A stretch of 64,000 nt of DNA from contig CAVSCK010000004.1 of assembly GCA_963726455.1 (NCBI GenBank), forward strand, positions 352,001-416,000, given 5' to 3'. Origin of the DNA: an uncultured bacterium (lineage in GTDB: Bacteria > Zixibacteria > MSB-5A5 > CAIYYT01). The notes beneath the pieces were generated by a model. That model saw only the letters and a program-made list of their open reading frames with translations, had not been told where the DNA came from and did no database searches. The translations under genes were made by a program, and so were the position numbers. Shown here piece after piece: positions 20,740-30,899 of the stretch. Numbering within the stretch: the first letter of the stretch is position 1; each line of letters opens with the position of its first letter.

Positions 20740-23346
20740 ATGACAGATAAACAGACTCCGCTTCTGGAGCAGTATTTCCGCATCAAGAGTGAACATCCGG
20801 ACAAGATACTCTTCTTCCGCATGGGGGATTTCTACGAGATGTTCGGCAAGGACGCCGAGATTGCCGCGCCGATTCTCGGAATTGCCTTGACCTCACGGGC
20901 TCATGGCAAGTCCACCAAAATGCCTCTGGCCGGGGTGCCGTACCATGCCGCCGAGAAGTATCTCTCAATGTTGATCAAGGCGGGGCTCAAAGTCGCGATC
21001 TGCGAACAGGTGGAAGACCCGAAACTCGCCAAAGGGCTGGTCAAACGCGAGATCATAGAAATCATCACCCCCGGTACCGTGACTGTCGAAGGGGCGCTTG
21101 CGCAGGAGCGCGAGAATCTGATTGCCTCGGTTTACGCTGATTCCAAGGTTGGACTGGCGACGGCAGCAATAGAGATTACCACCGGAAGAGTGGTTTTCTA
21201 TCAAGGTGATTTCGATAGCGCCGTCGATAAGATCGAATTGCTCAGTCCGCAGGAAATTCTGGTTCCCGAAAATGGTTACAGTGAACTGTCTCCACGCCTG
21301 GCTCGCATCCCCGCAGAGCTCACGCGCGTGGAGGACTGGAAATATCAACTGGACGATGCAACTCAGCGGATCAAGAGGCACTATCAAGTACACTCTCTTG
21401 AGGCATTTGAGCTGGCACAATTTCCGCTGGCGATCGCGGCGCTCGGAAGTCTCTTGGCGTACATCGAAGAAATCAAATTCGCTGTACCGCTTCATTTGAA
21501 TCCGCCACGACTCGTTGATGATCCCGATCATGTTTACCTCGATGCTGCGACGATTCGCAACCTGGAAATCCTGCAACCGAATACCGGCGACAAACGAGAA
21601 CACTCGCTGCTCGGTCTGCTTGACTTCTGTCTCACCGCCGGAGGTAAACGGCTGCTCACTCGCTGGCTGACCGCACCACTAAGAAATATTGACAGAATTA
21701 ATGAACGGCTGCAATCCGTCGACCACCTCCTGCACAGCGACGATCTCCGCCAGCAACTGCATGAGACATTGAACGGCTTTGCCGATTTGGAGAGACTGTC
21801 CGGCAAACTTGGTTACCGTAAGGCCAATCCACGCGACCTGATACAACTCAAGAATAGTCTATTTCAACTGCCAACACTTGCACGGCTGTTGTCTGAGTCT
21901 GACGCTCCGTTACTGCAGCGCACTGGAACCCAGTTGCCCAATCTCGATGATGTGGCGCGCCAGATTGATACCGCCCTCAAAGATGATCCACCATATCTGA
22001 CCAATGACGGCGGACTGATCAAGGATGGTTTTGACGAGGCGCTCGATCACCTCAAAGCATCAATCAAAGATGCTGTCGGTTATGTCGGCGGGTTACAGGA
22101 AACACTCCGACAACAGACTGGAATTCCGTCTTTGAAGGTGGGCTATAATTCGGTATTCGGCTACTACATTGAGGTCACCAAACCACATCTGGCGCTGGTG
22201 CCGTCTGATTACATTCGTAAACAAACTCTGGTGAATGCCGAACGCTTTGTAACTGCCGAACTCAAGGAAAAGGAAGAGTTGATCCTCGCTGCCGAGGAAA
22301 AGATCAACAAGCTGGAAGAGGACATTTTTGCCCGCGTGCGCGAATACGCCGCCGGTCGCGTCAATGATATCAATCTTGCCGGAAGATTAGCCAGCGAGGT
22401 TGATGTCCTTTTGTCATACACTGTGGCGGCGCGTCGCTATGGTTACGTGAAACCGGAATTGAACTTATCGCCGCGACTCGAGATCACGGAGGGACGCCAT
22501 CCGGTGATCGAGCAGCTTCTTCCACGCGGTGATTTTGTCGGCAACGATACGATGCTGGATATCACTTCTGACCAGGTTCAGTTGCTCACCGGCCCCAATA
22601 TGGCGGGCAAGTCCACTTACTTGCGTCAGGTCGGCCTCATCGTGATTATGGCGCAGGCGGGTTCGTTCGTGCCGGCAGAGAAAGCAGTCCTCGGAATCGT
22701 CGACCGCGTTTTTACCAGAGTCGGCGCCTCCGATCGACTGGCGCTTGGCGAATCGACATTTCTGGTGGAGATGAATGAAACTTCGCGCATTCTCAACAAC
22801 GCCTCTTCGCAAAGTTTGATCTTGCTCGACGAAGTAGGCCGCGGCACATCTACCTATGACGGCCTCGCGATTGCCTGGGCGTTATGCGAGATGCTACATA
22901 ACGATCCACGTCTGCAATCACGAACGATCTTCGCCACGCATTTCCACGAGCTGACGGAACTGGCCGAAATGTTTCCGCGCATTCGCAATTTTCAAGTGCA
23001 GGTCAAGCGGCATCGCGACAGGATCATTTTTTTGCGCAAGGTTGTTCCCGGTGGCTGCGATGACAGTTTTGGTATTGAAGTCGCCAAGCTCGCCGGCATT
23101 CCGGACGGCCTGACGCAGCGAGCCAAGGAAATCCTGAAGGAGTTGGAAGAAGGCAGCTTCGAGCCGCTGAAGGCGCGCGCCAAGAAGCAATTCATTCGCG
23201 CGAATCAGCTCGGCCTCTTTGGCGGGGAACCATCACCGACCGCCGAGCGTATGCGGAATGTTGATGTAGAGCATCTCACGCCGATCGAAGCGCTGAATCT
23301 GTTGGTCGAGTTGAAGGAAATCGCGGACAAAGAAAATGGCCTCTAA
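20740..23346 (+). CDS. mutS: DNA mismatch repair protein MutS
   Basis: FFRMGDFYEMF, TGPNMAGKST, LDEVGRGTST, FATHFHEL. Confidence 0.98.
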   Translation: MTDKQTPLLEQYFRIKSEHPDKILFFRMGDFYEMFGKDAEIAAPILGIALTSRAHGKSTKMPLAGVPYHAAEKYLSMLIKAGLKVAICEQVEDPKLAKGLVKREIIEIITPGTVTVEGALAQERENLIASVYADSKVGLATAAIEITTGRVVFYQGDFDSAVDKIELLSPQEILVPENGYSELSPRLARIPAELTRVEDWKYQLDDATQRIKRHYQVHSLEAFELAQFPLAIAALGSLLAYIEEIKFAVPLHLNPPRLVDDPDHVYLDAATIRNLEILQPNTGDKREHSLLGLLDFCLTAGGKRLLTRWLTAPLRNIDRINERLQSVDHLLHSDDLRQQLHETLNGFADLERLSGKLGYRKANPRDLIQLKNSLFQLPTLARLLSESDAPLLQRTGTQLPNLDDVARQIDTALKDDPPYLTNDGGLIKDGFDEALDHLKASIKDAVGYVGGLQETLRQQTGIPSLKVGYNSVFGYYIEVTKPHLALVPSDYIRKQTLVNAERFVTAELKEKEELILAAEEKINKLEEDIFARVREYAAGRVNDINLAGRLASEVDVLLSYTVAARRYGYVKPELNLSPRLEITEGRHPVIEQLLPRGDFVGNDTMLDITSDQVQLLTGPNMAGKSTYLRQVGLIVIMAQAGSFVPAEKAVLGIVDRVFTRVGASDRLALGESTFLVEMNETSRILNNASSQSLILLDEVGRGTSTYDGLAIAWALCEMLHNDPRLQSRTIFATHFHELTELAEMFPRIRNFQVQVKRHRDRIIFLRKVVPGGCDDSFGIEVAKLAGIPDGLTQRAKEILKELEEGSFEPLKARAKKQFIRANQLGLFGGEPSPTAERMRNVDVEHLTPIEALNLLVELKEIADKENGL

Positions 23347-25189
23347 GATTAAACTCCTGCCCAATGTCCTGATCAACAAGATTGCCGCCGGAGAGGTCAT
23401 CGAACGTCCCGCCTCGGTGGTTAAAGAACTGGTCGAGAATTCTCTCGATGCCGGCGCAACTTCGGTCAAAGTCAACATTGTCGATGGCGGCTTGTCGCTT
23501 ATTGACGTCTCGGATAATGGCAGCGGCATGAGCCCCGATGATCTGAAACTCGCCGTCTGCCGTCATGCGACCAGCAAGATCGATAAGCCGGAGGATTTGT
23601 TTAACATTCATTCTTTCGGATTCCGTGGCGAAGCCCTGCCGTCGATAACTTCCGTGTCCCAATGCACAATCAGATCCCGCTTGCGCGGCGCATCGGAGGG
23701 CTACTCGCTTGTCATATCGGGAGGCGAGAATTCTGAAGAGGGAGCGGTTGGCTGCGATTATGGGACATTCATCTCAGTTCGTAACATCTTCTTCAATACC
23801 CCCGCACGTCGCAAATTCCTGCGCTCGCCGTCTTCTGAGATTCGCCGCGTTGTTGAAGTGGTCGAATCGTTGGCAGTGAGCAATCCGCAAACAGAATTCG
23901 CTGTCGACTCGGACGATCAAAGGTTACTGGATCTGTCCGCCGTCCCGGACAAACTCGACCGCGCCAAACAACTCTTCGGAATTTCGATCGCCGGCAAGTT
24001 TGTCGTGGGCGAGCGGGACAGTGACGGTCTGCGGCTGGAGATTTATCTGTCGAAACCGGAAATCTGCCGCCGCAATCGATCTCATGTCATGATTCTCGTA
24101 AACAATCGGCGCATCGAATCCAAAAGTCTGTTTGCTGCACTGATCTCGGCGTACGGCGAGTTTCTCACTCATGGCATGTACCCTCAAGGGGCGGTATTCA
24201 TCACGATCGATCCGGCGCAAGTTGATGTTAATGTTCATCCCGCCAAGTCGGAAGTGCGATTCGCCGACGAGCGTGTCATCTTCCACGCTCTGTATCATCT
24301 GGTGAGGGAGGCGCTTCTTGGCGGCGGTGCAGTACCAGGCGGTTTTGGTGCCAGTCGGTCGCCGGGAAGTGCAATATCACCTCAGGAAACGCATGAGACT
24401 GCCACGCGCCAGTCGGTAAGAGACTTCTTCAGCCACAACACGCCGGCGCCGGCGCGATCCGAGGAGTCCCTGGCTGCGATTTTCAGCACATCGGCTTCCG
24501 AATCCGGCAGGCACGAGCCCTCGCAATTTGATCCTAACGTCACCTCCGTTTCCTTGCCACCGGCCTTCCAGTCGGCGCAGGTGTCAAGTGCCGCGACTTC
24601 CCGGCGTGCGCTTGGCGTCGTGGGAGAGCTAAGGTTCCAACAATTGGCGCTCATGTATATTGTCGCGCTGACGGCCGACAGTGTCTTTATCATTGACCAG
24701 CACGCCGCGCATGAACGGGTTCTTTTTGAAACAGCGATGAAATCCTTTAATGCCGGCGCCATGACGAGCCAGCAGCTCCTGTTTCCGGTGGCCGTGCATC
24801 TTGATCCGGACGACTTCTTTACTTTCAATCGCGAGAAGGAAACTCTGAATTCGTTGGGATTCGTGCTGGAAAGCTTCGGGCCGCGACAAGTACAGATCAA
24901 AGCTGCTCCGGCAGTACTGGCAGGAAAGAATCCGGAAACACTGCTCCGAGAGCTACTTGACGACTTCGCCGAAATCACGGGCGATAGCCAGAAACGCTAC
25001 CAGAAAAAAGCGGCGTCATTCGCGTGCAGGGGCGCATTAATGGCGGGGGACAGGATGGACGAACCGGGCATGCGATCACTCTTTGAGGCGTTGGTTGCCG
25101 CGGAGAATCCCTATGTCTGTCCGCATGGCAGGCCCACGATGATTCGACTTTCCAAGGACGAACTTGATGTCCGCTTCGGCAGAATCTGA
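23336..25189 (+). CDS. mutL: DNA mismatch repair endonuclease MutL
   Basis: IAAGEVIERP, GFRGEAL, DQHAAHERVLFE, CPHGRP. Confidence 0.98.
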   Translation: MASKIKLLPNVLINKIAAGEVIERPASVVKELVENSLDAGATSVKVNIVDGGLSLIDVSDNGSGMSPDDLKLAVCRHATSKIDKPEDLFNIHSFGFRGEALPSITSVSQCTIRSRLRGASEGYSLVISGGENSEEGAVGCDYGTFISVRNIFFNTPARRKFLRSPSSEIRRVVEVVESLAVSNPQTEFAVDSDDQRLLDLSAVPDKLDRAKQLFGISIAGKFVVGERDSDGLRLEIYLSKPEICRRNRSHVMILVNNRRIESKSLFAALISAYGEFLTHGMYPQGAVFITIDPAQVDVNVHPAKSEVRFADERVIFHALYHLVREALLGGGAVPGGFGASRSPGSAISPQETHETATRQSVRDFFSHNTPAPARSEESLAAIFSTSASESGRHEPSQFDPNVTSVSLPPAFQSAQVSSAATSRRALGVVGELRFQQLALMYIVALTADSVFIIDQHAAHERVLFETAMKSFNAGAMTSQQLLFPVAVHLDPDDFFTFNREKETLNSLGFVLESFGPRQVQIKAAPAVLAGKNPETLLRELLDDFAEITGDSQKRYQKKAASFACRGALMAGDRMDEPGMRSLFEALVAAENPYVCPHGRPTMIRLSKDELDVRFGRI

Positions 25190-26105
25190 AAACCTCGTAA
25201 TCCCAGCTTTGGTTGGAGCTACTGCAGTGGGCAAAACCTCACTGGCGCTGGAGCTTGCCGACGAATTCGATTTGGAGATCGTCTCTTGTGACTCCAGACA
25301 GATCTATAAGTACCTTGACATTGGCACCGCAAAGCCGACCGGCGATGAGTTGCAGGGGCGGCCGTATCACTTGATTGATGTGGTCGAACCGGATCGGCTC
25401 TATTCGGCTGTCGATTTTAGGAATTTAGCCAACGCACTGGTGAAACGTATCACTACCGGCGGGAAAACTCCTTTGATAGTGGGCGGCACGGGGCTCTATC
25501 TTAAAGCACTAGCTTCAGGTTTTTTTACAACTCCAGAGGGTAGTGCGTCTTATAGAGAGGAGCTGTCGCACCTCAGTTCCGATGAGTTGCATGATCGGTT
25601 GCGGCAGGTCGATCCGGAGACTGCCGCGGAAGTTCCTGTTGGAAATAGGGTTAGGATGATACGAGCGCTGGAAATATTTTCCACAACCGGTAAATCGAAG
25701 TCCGAATTGAAACGGACCGGCACGTATCCAACCGACAGTTTTCGGTACCGGGTTTTCTGGCTAACTCTAGATCGTGAAAAACTTTATCAATTTATAAATT
25801 CCAGGGTCGATAAAATGATAGGAGCTGGGTTGATAGCCGAAGTTGAAACACTTGTTAACATGGGATATGGTAATTCAAGTGTTTTGAGAAGTACAGTGGG
25901 CTATCGTGAAGTGCTGGAGTACCTAAGCGGGCATTTGTCGCTTGAGGCATGTGTCAATCTGATCAAGCAGCGGACGCGCAATTACGCCAAGCGACAGATA
26001 ACCTGGTTTAGGAAAATCGAAAATCCGATCTTGATCGATCGAGACGAGGCCGGTTGGAAGGAACTTCTTTTTGAAGAGTTTCGCAAATTAAAACTTGACA
26101 GCTAA
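25167..26105 (+). CDS. miaA: tRNA dimethylallyltransferase
   Basis: GATAVGKT, DSRQIY, IGTAKP, GGTGLY, YAKRQITW. Confidence 0.97.
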   Translation: MSASAESENLVIPALVGATAVGKTSLALELADEFDLEIVSCDSRQIYKYLDIGTAKPTGDELQGRPYHLIDVVEPDRLYSAVDFRNLANALVKRITTGGKTPLIVGGTGLYLKALASGFFTTPEGSASYREELSHLSSDELHDRLRQVDPETAAEVPVGNRVRMIRALEIFSTTGKSKSELKRTGTYPTDSFRYRVFWLTLDREKLYQFINSRVDKMIGAGLIAEVETLVNMGYGNSSVLRSTVGYREVLEYLSGHLSLEACVNLIKQRTRNYAKRQITWFRKIENPILIDRDEAGWKELLFEEFRKLKLDS

Positions 26106-26166
26106 ATGCTGTAAGTCATATCTTCCAACAGCTTACAATCGTCTCGGTATCAGGGAGGAAGCTGAG

Positions 26167-28227
26167 TTGACAAGATTGATACTGATTCTGACAGTCGGGG
26201 CATTTCTCCTTTCCGGTTGTTCTTCTGTCGTTCGCGACCGAACCACGCTGGCTGGCCAAACGGCTAACTCGCAAGTGGATGATGAGAACCAATCGGTTAG
26301 CGCCGATTCCCTTCAGGACAGTTTGGACCAGGACGATGTTCAGGCGACCCAGACGATGGAGGAGATTCGTCTGGCCGAAGAGTATTATGCCTATGGCGTA
26401 CAAGCTAATGCGGCTCAACGCTGGCAAGAGGCGCAATACAACTTCGAGAAAGCCCTGTCCATTCTTTCCGAACTCAATATTGACAGAGATGACAACAGCG
26501 CCGTGGGTTACAGCTACGGCAAGCTGATTGACGATATCCGCGCAGAGTATAAGCTTACGCTGCTCTACCTCGCGAGCATACCTGGCGAGGCCTCCAGTCA
26601 GGCCTTTATTGATCGCTTTGCTGAAATCGACGATTTCGGCAAGCTCAAGAACGATAAGGTGGTAACGACTGTTGACACGAGGGAAGAGTACGATATCCCG
26701 GTAGTGGTCAACGATAAGGTAGAAAACTGCATCGTCTATTTCCAAACAATTGCCAGAGATTTTTTCCAGTCGGCGCTGACTCGCAGCGGCCGGTATACGA
26801 AATTGATGATGAAAATCCTGGAGGAGGAACGGGTTCCCAAGGATCTCGTCTACCTGCCTTTGATTGAGTCCGGCTTTAAGACCAACGCCTATTCATGGGC
26901 CAGCGCCGTTGGGCCGTGGCAGTTTATCAGTGCCACCGGCCGGCGTTTCGGTATGGAGCGCGATTGGTGGTTTGATGAACGCCGGGACTACGAAAAATCG
27001 ACCCGCGCGGCTGCCCGCTATCTCAAGTTTCTCTATGAACGATATGGAGATTGGTATCTGGCTTTGGCGGCCTATAACGGCGGCGAAGGCAAAGTTGACC
27101 AGACCATCCGCCGCGATGGCACCACAGATTACTGGCATCTGGACCATCTGAAGCGCGAGACCCGGGATTACGTGCCGATGTTTCTCGCGGCTATGATTAT
27201 CGCCAAGAATCCGGAAAAGTACGGTTTTGTTCCATTCTATGATGACGCCTTGCAATATGACATAGTTACGATCGATAAGCCGCTTGATCTTTATGAAGTT
27301 GCCAGCGCTCTGGGTACGACCTACGATTACCTCAAGACGCTTAACCCGGAACTGCTGCGGAAACTCACGCATCCACACAAAGAGAGTTACACGCTGAGGA
27401 TTCCGTCGAATCAGAAAGAGAAATTCTGGGCTTCTTACGATCAGTTTGCCTCGGCCAAATCTGCGACACTGGTTCATCATACCATTGGCAAGGGCGAGAC
27501 CATGTCGAATATCGCCAAGCAGTATGGAATCAGCACGCAGGCGCTGGCGGATGCCAATAATCTCACCAAGAAACAGAGGTTGACCGAGGGGCGGACGCTG
27601 CTCATTCCAGTGCCGGCGTTGGCACGTGAAGATCGTCCGACGCGGCAACCCAAGCGTCGAAGTTTCGAGGATTCGCATCCGTCGACCGGTGGATCAGACC
27701 TGTATGTGGTTCGCAAGGGCGACATTCTGGCTGATATCGCTGTAGCGCACGGCACGACTGTCAACCAGCTGTTGATGGTTAACGGGCTGGATAAATCGTC
27801 TCGCATTTATCCCGGGCAGGTTCTGAATGTCGGCGTAAAACGTTTTTCCAATAGCCGGCAGCGCAGCAACACCCCACGCGTCACGACCGACACGCACATC
27901 ATGACCTATAAAGTCCGTCAGGGCGATTCGCTGGACAAGCTGGCACAGCGTTACGGAACCACTTCCGCGAATCTAGCGCTTCTGAACGGCTTCGAGAATA
28001 ATCGCCGCCTTCGCGCCGGACAATTGATCAATGTGCCGGCCAAGAGCAGTATCAAGAGCAAAGCGAGCGCGGCAGCCAGTCTTCTCGTGTATGTCGTCAA
28101 GGCAGGCGACACACTGTGGGATATCGCAGGCGCATTCAGGTGCAGCGTGGAAGAGATCATCAAGCTGAATAACTTGACATCGATGAAGCTGAATGTTGGG
28201 GACCGACTTAAAATCGCCAAGAACTAA
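26167..28227 (+). CDS. mltD: MltD-like lipoprotein lytic transglycosylase with four LysM domains
   Basis: TTG 26167 after GGGAGG; lipobox LSGC; IESGF, GPWQF, AAYNGG, ETRDYVP; LysM repeats. Confidence 0.9.
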   Translation: MTRLILILTVGAFLLSGCSSVVRDRTTLAGQTANSQVDDENQSVSADSLQDSLDQDDVQATQTMEEIRLAEEYYAYGVQANAAQRWQEAQYNFEKALSILSELNIDRDDNSAVGYSYGKLIDDIRAEYKLTLLYLASIPGEASSQAFIDRFAEIDDFGKLKNDKVVTTVDTREEYDIPVVVNDKVENCIVYFQTIARDFFQSALTRSGRYTKLMMKILEEERVPKDLVYLPLIESGFKTNAYSWASAVGPWQFISATGRRFGMERDWWFDERRDYEKSTRAAARYLKFLYERYGDWYLALAAYNGGEGKVDQTIRRDGTTDYWHLDHLKRETRDYVPMFLAAMIIAKNPEKYGFVPFYDDALQYDIVTIDKPLDLYEVASALGTTYDYLKTLNPELLRKLTHPHKESYTLRIPSNQKEKFWASYDQFASAKSATLVHHTIGKGETMSNIAKQYGISTQALADANNLTKKQRLTEGRTLLIPVPALAREDRPTRQPKRRSFEDSHPSTGGSDLYVVRKGDILADIAVAHGTTVNQLLMVNGLDKSSRIYPGQVLNVGVKRFSNSRQRSNTPRVTTDTHIMTYKVRQGDSLDKLAQRYGTTSANLALLNGFENNRRLRAGQLINVPAKSSIKSKASAAASLLVYVVKAGDTLWDIAGAFRCSVEEIIKLNNLTSMKLNVGDRLKIAKN

Positions 28228-28236
28228 GGGATCAAC

Positions 28237-29145
28237 GTGGCCAGGACCAGGGACATTGTCATTGGCGTGATCATCGGCGGGAGCTTCCTGCTCTTTTTCG
28301 GGATCATGGCCATTTCGCTCGTTTTCAGTCGTATGGAAGAATCCGACGGTTTTAGCGGTCTGGGCAGCAAGGTCGCGATAATCAATCTGGAGGGAGCGAT
28401 AGTTTCTTCTACCGACATCATCAGACAGCTGGGCCGGTGGGGGGATGACAGCCACGTGCGAGCAATAGTGTTGCATATCAACTCTCCGGGAGGTGGTGTA
28501 GCGCCGTCGCAGGAAATCTATGATAAAGTGATGAAGGTGCGCGAGGAAACCGGCAAACCGGTGGTCGTGTCGATGTCGTCATTGTGTGCTTCCGGTGGCT
28601 ACTATGTCGCGTGTGCCGCCGACCAGATCGTGGCGGTGCCGGGAACCGTCACCGGTTCGATAGGCGTGATTTTTGAATGGCCGGTTGTCAACCGGCTGAT
28701 GGATAAAGTGGGTGTCCAGTTTGAGACGATCAAATCCGGGAAGGTGAAAGATGTCGGCTCGCCGTTTCGTGAGGCGACTGACAGCGATCGCGCGATGTTG
28801 CAGGCGGTGGTAGATGATACCTACGATCAGTTTGTCAGTGTTGTGTCTGAGCGTCGTGGTCTTTCACTTGATTCCACTCGAGCGCTGGCAACGGGCGCGG
28901 TTTACACCGGCCGTCAGGCGCAGCAGCTTGGTTTGGTCGATTCGCTCGGGACCTTTGATGATGCCGTGGACTTGGCCGGCGAGCTGAGTGGCCTTGGCAA
29001 GAATCCGAGTCGCGTCAAAGAAAATCCGCGTCGCAGATTAACCCTGTTCGACGTGATCAGCAATTTGACGCATCTCGATGTCGCGCAGTTCTTCAATGAC
29101 CAGCGCGATTGGACGTCGCCCGAGCTACAGTACATTTTCAAGTAG
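28237..29145 (+). CDS. sppA: Signal peptide peptidase SppA (36K type, S49)
   Basis: INSPGG, ASGGYY, TGSIGV, KSGKVKD. Confidence 0.94.
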   Translation: MARTRDIVIGVIIGGSFLLFFGIMAISLVFSRMEESDGFSGLGSKVAIINLEGAIVSSTDIIRQLGRWGDDSHVRAIVLHINSPGGGVAPSQEIYDKVMKVREETGKPVVVSMSSLCASGGYYVACAADQIVAVPGTVTGSIGVIFEWPVVNRLMDKVGVQFETIKSGKVKDVGSPFREATDSDRAMLQAVVDDTYDQFVSVVSERRGLSLDSTRALATGAVYTGRQAQQLGLVDSLGTFDDAVDLAGELSGLGKNPSRVKENPRRRLTLFDVISNLTHLDVAQFFNDQRDWTSPELQYIFK

Positions 29146-29247
29146 CTTTGGCGATCTGGTACGACTGGGTGAGTACCGATACGGATGTCGAAATGAATTG
29201 GAGCTTATCATAATTCGGTTTTTGAAACTGAGGGAGGGTGACCCCAA

Positions 29248-29535
29248 ATGACAAAGGCAGATCTGGTCGAGAAAGTAGCCGAGCGCACCGGATTGACCCG
29301 CACTGATGTTGCAGTCGTGGTCGATTCGTTTCTCGACACTATCAAGAAATCGATGGAGGAGATGCAGAACATCGAAATCCGCGGTTTCGGCACTTTCAAG
29401 ATCAAACTCAGAAAAGCCCGCAAGGCGCGCAATCCGCGGACGGGCGACGAAGTGCCGGTTCCGGACCGCAAGGTCCCGGTATTCAAGCCGTCAAACGAAT
29501 TTAAGGATCTGATTACGAAACTGCCGTTGCAGTAA
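29248..29535 (+). CDS. HU/IHF family DNA-binding protein
   Basis: MTKADLV, IEIRGFGTF, ARNPRTG, PVFKPS. Confidence 0.95.
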   Translation: MTKADLVEKVAERTGLTRTDVAVVVDSFLDTIKKSMEEMQNIEIRGFGTFKIKLRKARKARNPRTGDEVPVPDRKVPVFKPSNEFKDLITKLPLQ

Positions 29536-29733
29536 AGGAGTGAACTGGCGCCAAATCGTTATGGAAGTGCTTCTCAGGACAGCGGAAATCCTGGTCGACG
29601 CCGGTAAAGTGGGTTAGCGGGGACTTTAAGCGATTGCCGGAGAAGAAGCTAAACTTCGATATTTTTGCTTGCGCGGCAGGCGACAAACGCTATATTGGCG
29701 GACTGAAGTCACTAGAACCCTTACGGAGGTTGA

Positions 29734-29826
29734 ATGCCGAGCGGCAAAAAACGTAAGCGTCAGAAGATCAAAACGCACAAGCGGAAAAAGAGAAGAAGAC
29801 GCGATCGCCATAAAAAGAAAATCTAA
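29734..29826 (+). CDS. 30S ribosomal protein bS22 (AURKAIP1/COX24 family), 30 aa
   Basis: MPSGKKRKRQKIKTHKRKKRRRRDRHKKKI; GGAGGT SD; below the ORF-track cutoff. Confidence 0.88.
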   Translation: MPSGKKRKRQKIKTHKRKKRRRRDRHKKKI

Positions 29827-29828
29827 GT

Positions 29829-29870
29829 CTTAGGGCAGCCGATTTTGGTAGAGCTGCCCTAAGTCTTTTA
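29829..29870 (+). terminator. Rho-independent terminator after bS22
   Basis: CTTAGGGCAGC/GCTGCCCTAAG 11-bp stem then TCTTTT. Confidence 0.8.
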
Positions 29871-29976
29871 TGGTCAAATCTTCCTCAGAAATTCCACATA
29901 TCCCGATCTAATTCGTATTATATTTGTCCGGTATTTTCGATCAACGAATAGCACCAGAGACGGACGAGACATCGAC

Positions 29977-30766
29977 GTGGCGACGAAATCATATATACAT
30001 GGTACCCATCCCTCTGAGCAGGCGCGCCTCGCTCTGCTTAACACGCTCACCAACAAGGACTTCATCAAGTTCCTTGATCTCGCCCCGGGTATGGCAGTAC
30101 TCGAGGTCGGCAGCGGGCTGGGCATTCTGGCGAACGAAGTGGCCTCGCGGCTGAACGGTGGTCGAATGGTTGGGCTGGAGTATTCGTTCGACCAACTGGC
30201 CTCAGCTAGAGGCGAAAATGGGCGACTCCGTTTCGTAAGAGGCGACGGCGCCAATCTCCCGTTCCACGATAATGAGTTCGACCTCGTCTACTGCCGTTAC
30301 GTCATCGAGCATTTGCATGATGTCCCGGCGGTCCTGAAGGAAATCCGGCGTGTGCTAAAACCGGGTGGAAGAATGTACGCGCAGGAAGTCAACATTCTGA
30401 TCAATCAATTCTATCCTGACTGCCCGATGTTCGATCACGTCTGGCAGCAATTCGCGAAATTGCAGTCGGAATTGGGCGGTGATGCGCTTGTCGGGAAGAA
30501 GCTGTATACGCTGTTCAAGGCGGCCGCTTTTCGTGACATCAGCTTGAGCATCCAGCCGGAGATACATCACCCGGAATTGCCCACGTTCAAGCCCTGGATC
30601 GAGAATCTGATCGGCAATGTTTTAAGCGGTGAACAGGAACTTGTCCGACGAGATCTTGCCTCCGACCGAGGAAGTGGCGAAAGCAGTCAGCGAATTGCGG
30701 TCGCTCATGAATAATGAGTCGGCGTCGGCCTATTTCTACTGGAATCGCATCAAGGCCTCCAAGTAG
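29977..30766 (+). CDS. Class I SAM-dependent methyltransferase, +1 frameshift near 30663
   Basis: YIHG..EQARL, VLEVGSGLG, LPF..FDLV, RRVLKPGG; a natural-looking tail EEVAKAVSELRSL..AYFYWNRIKASK* continues in another frame to TAG 30764-30766. Confidence 0.8.
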
Positions 30767-30899
30767 GCCAGGCACCACTGAGTGTCAGCGGGCTGAATTC
30801 GTCCCGGCATCCGCATCCACATCCATAATCTTTGCATCGTATCTCAATTGAAGGCCGCAACGCTCCGATGATAGTAATTGGGGGTTATATAGAGGCAAT

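Noticed and set aside
29560-29630. c-di-GMP-I riboswitch
   Set aside because: Only fragments (GACGC, TAGCGGGG) resemble it; the GCAAAG core and P1 context are missing
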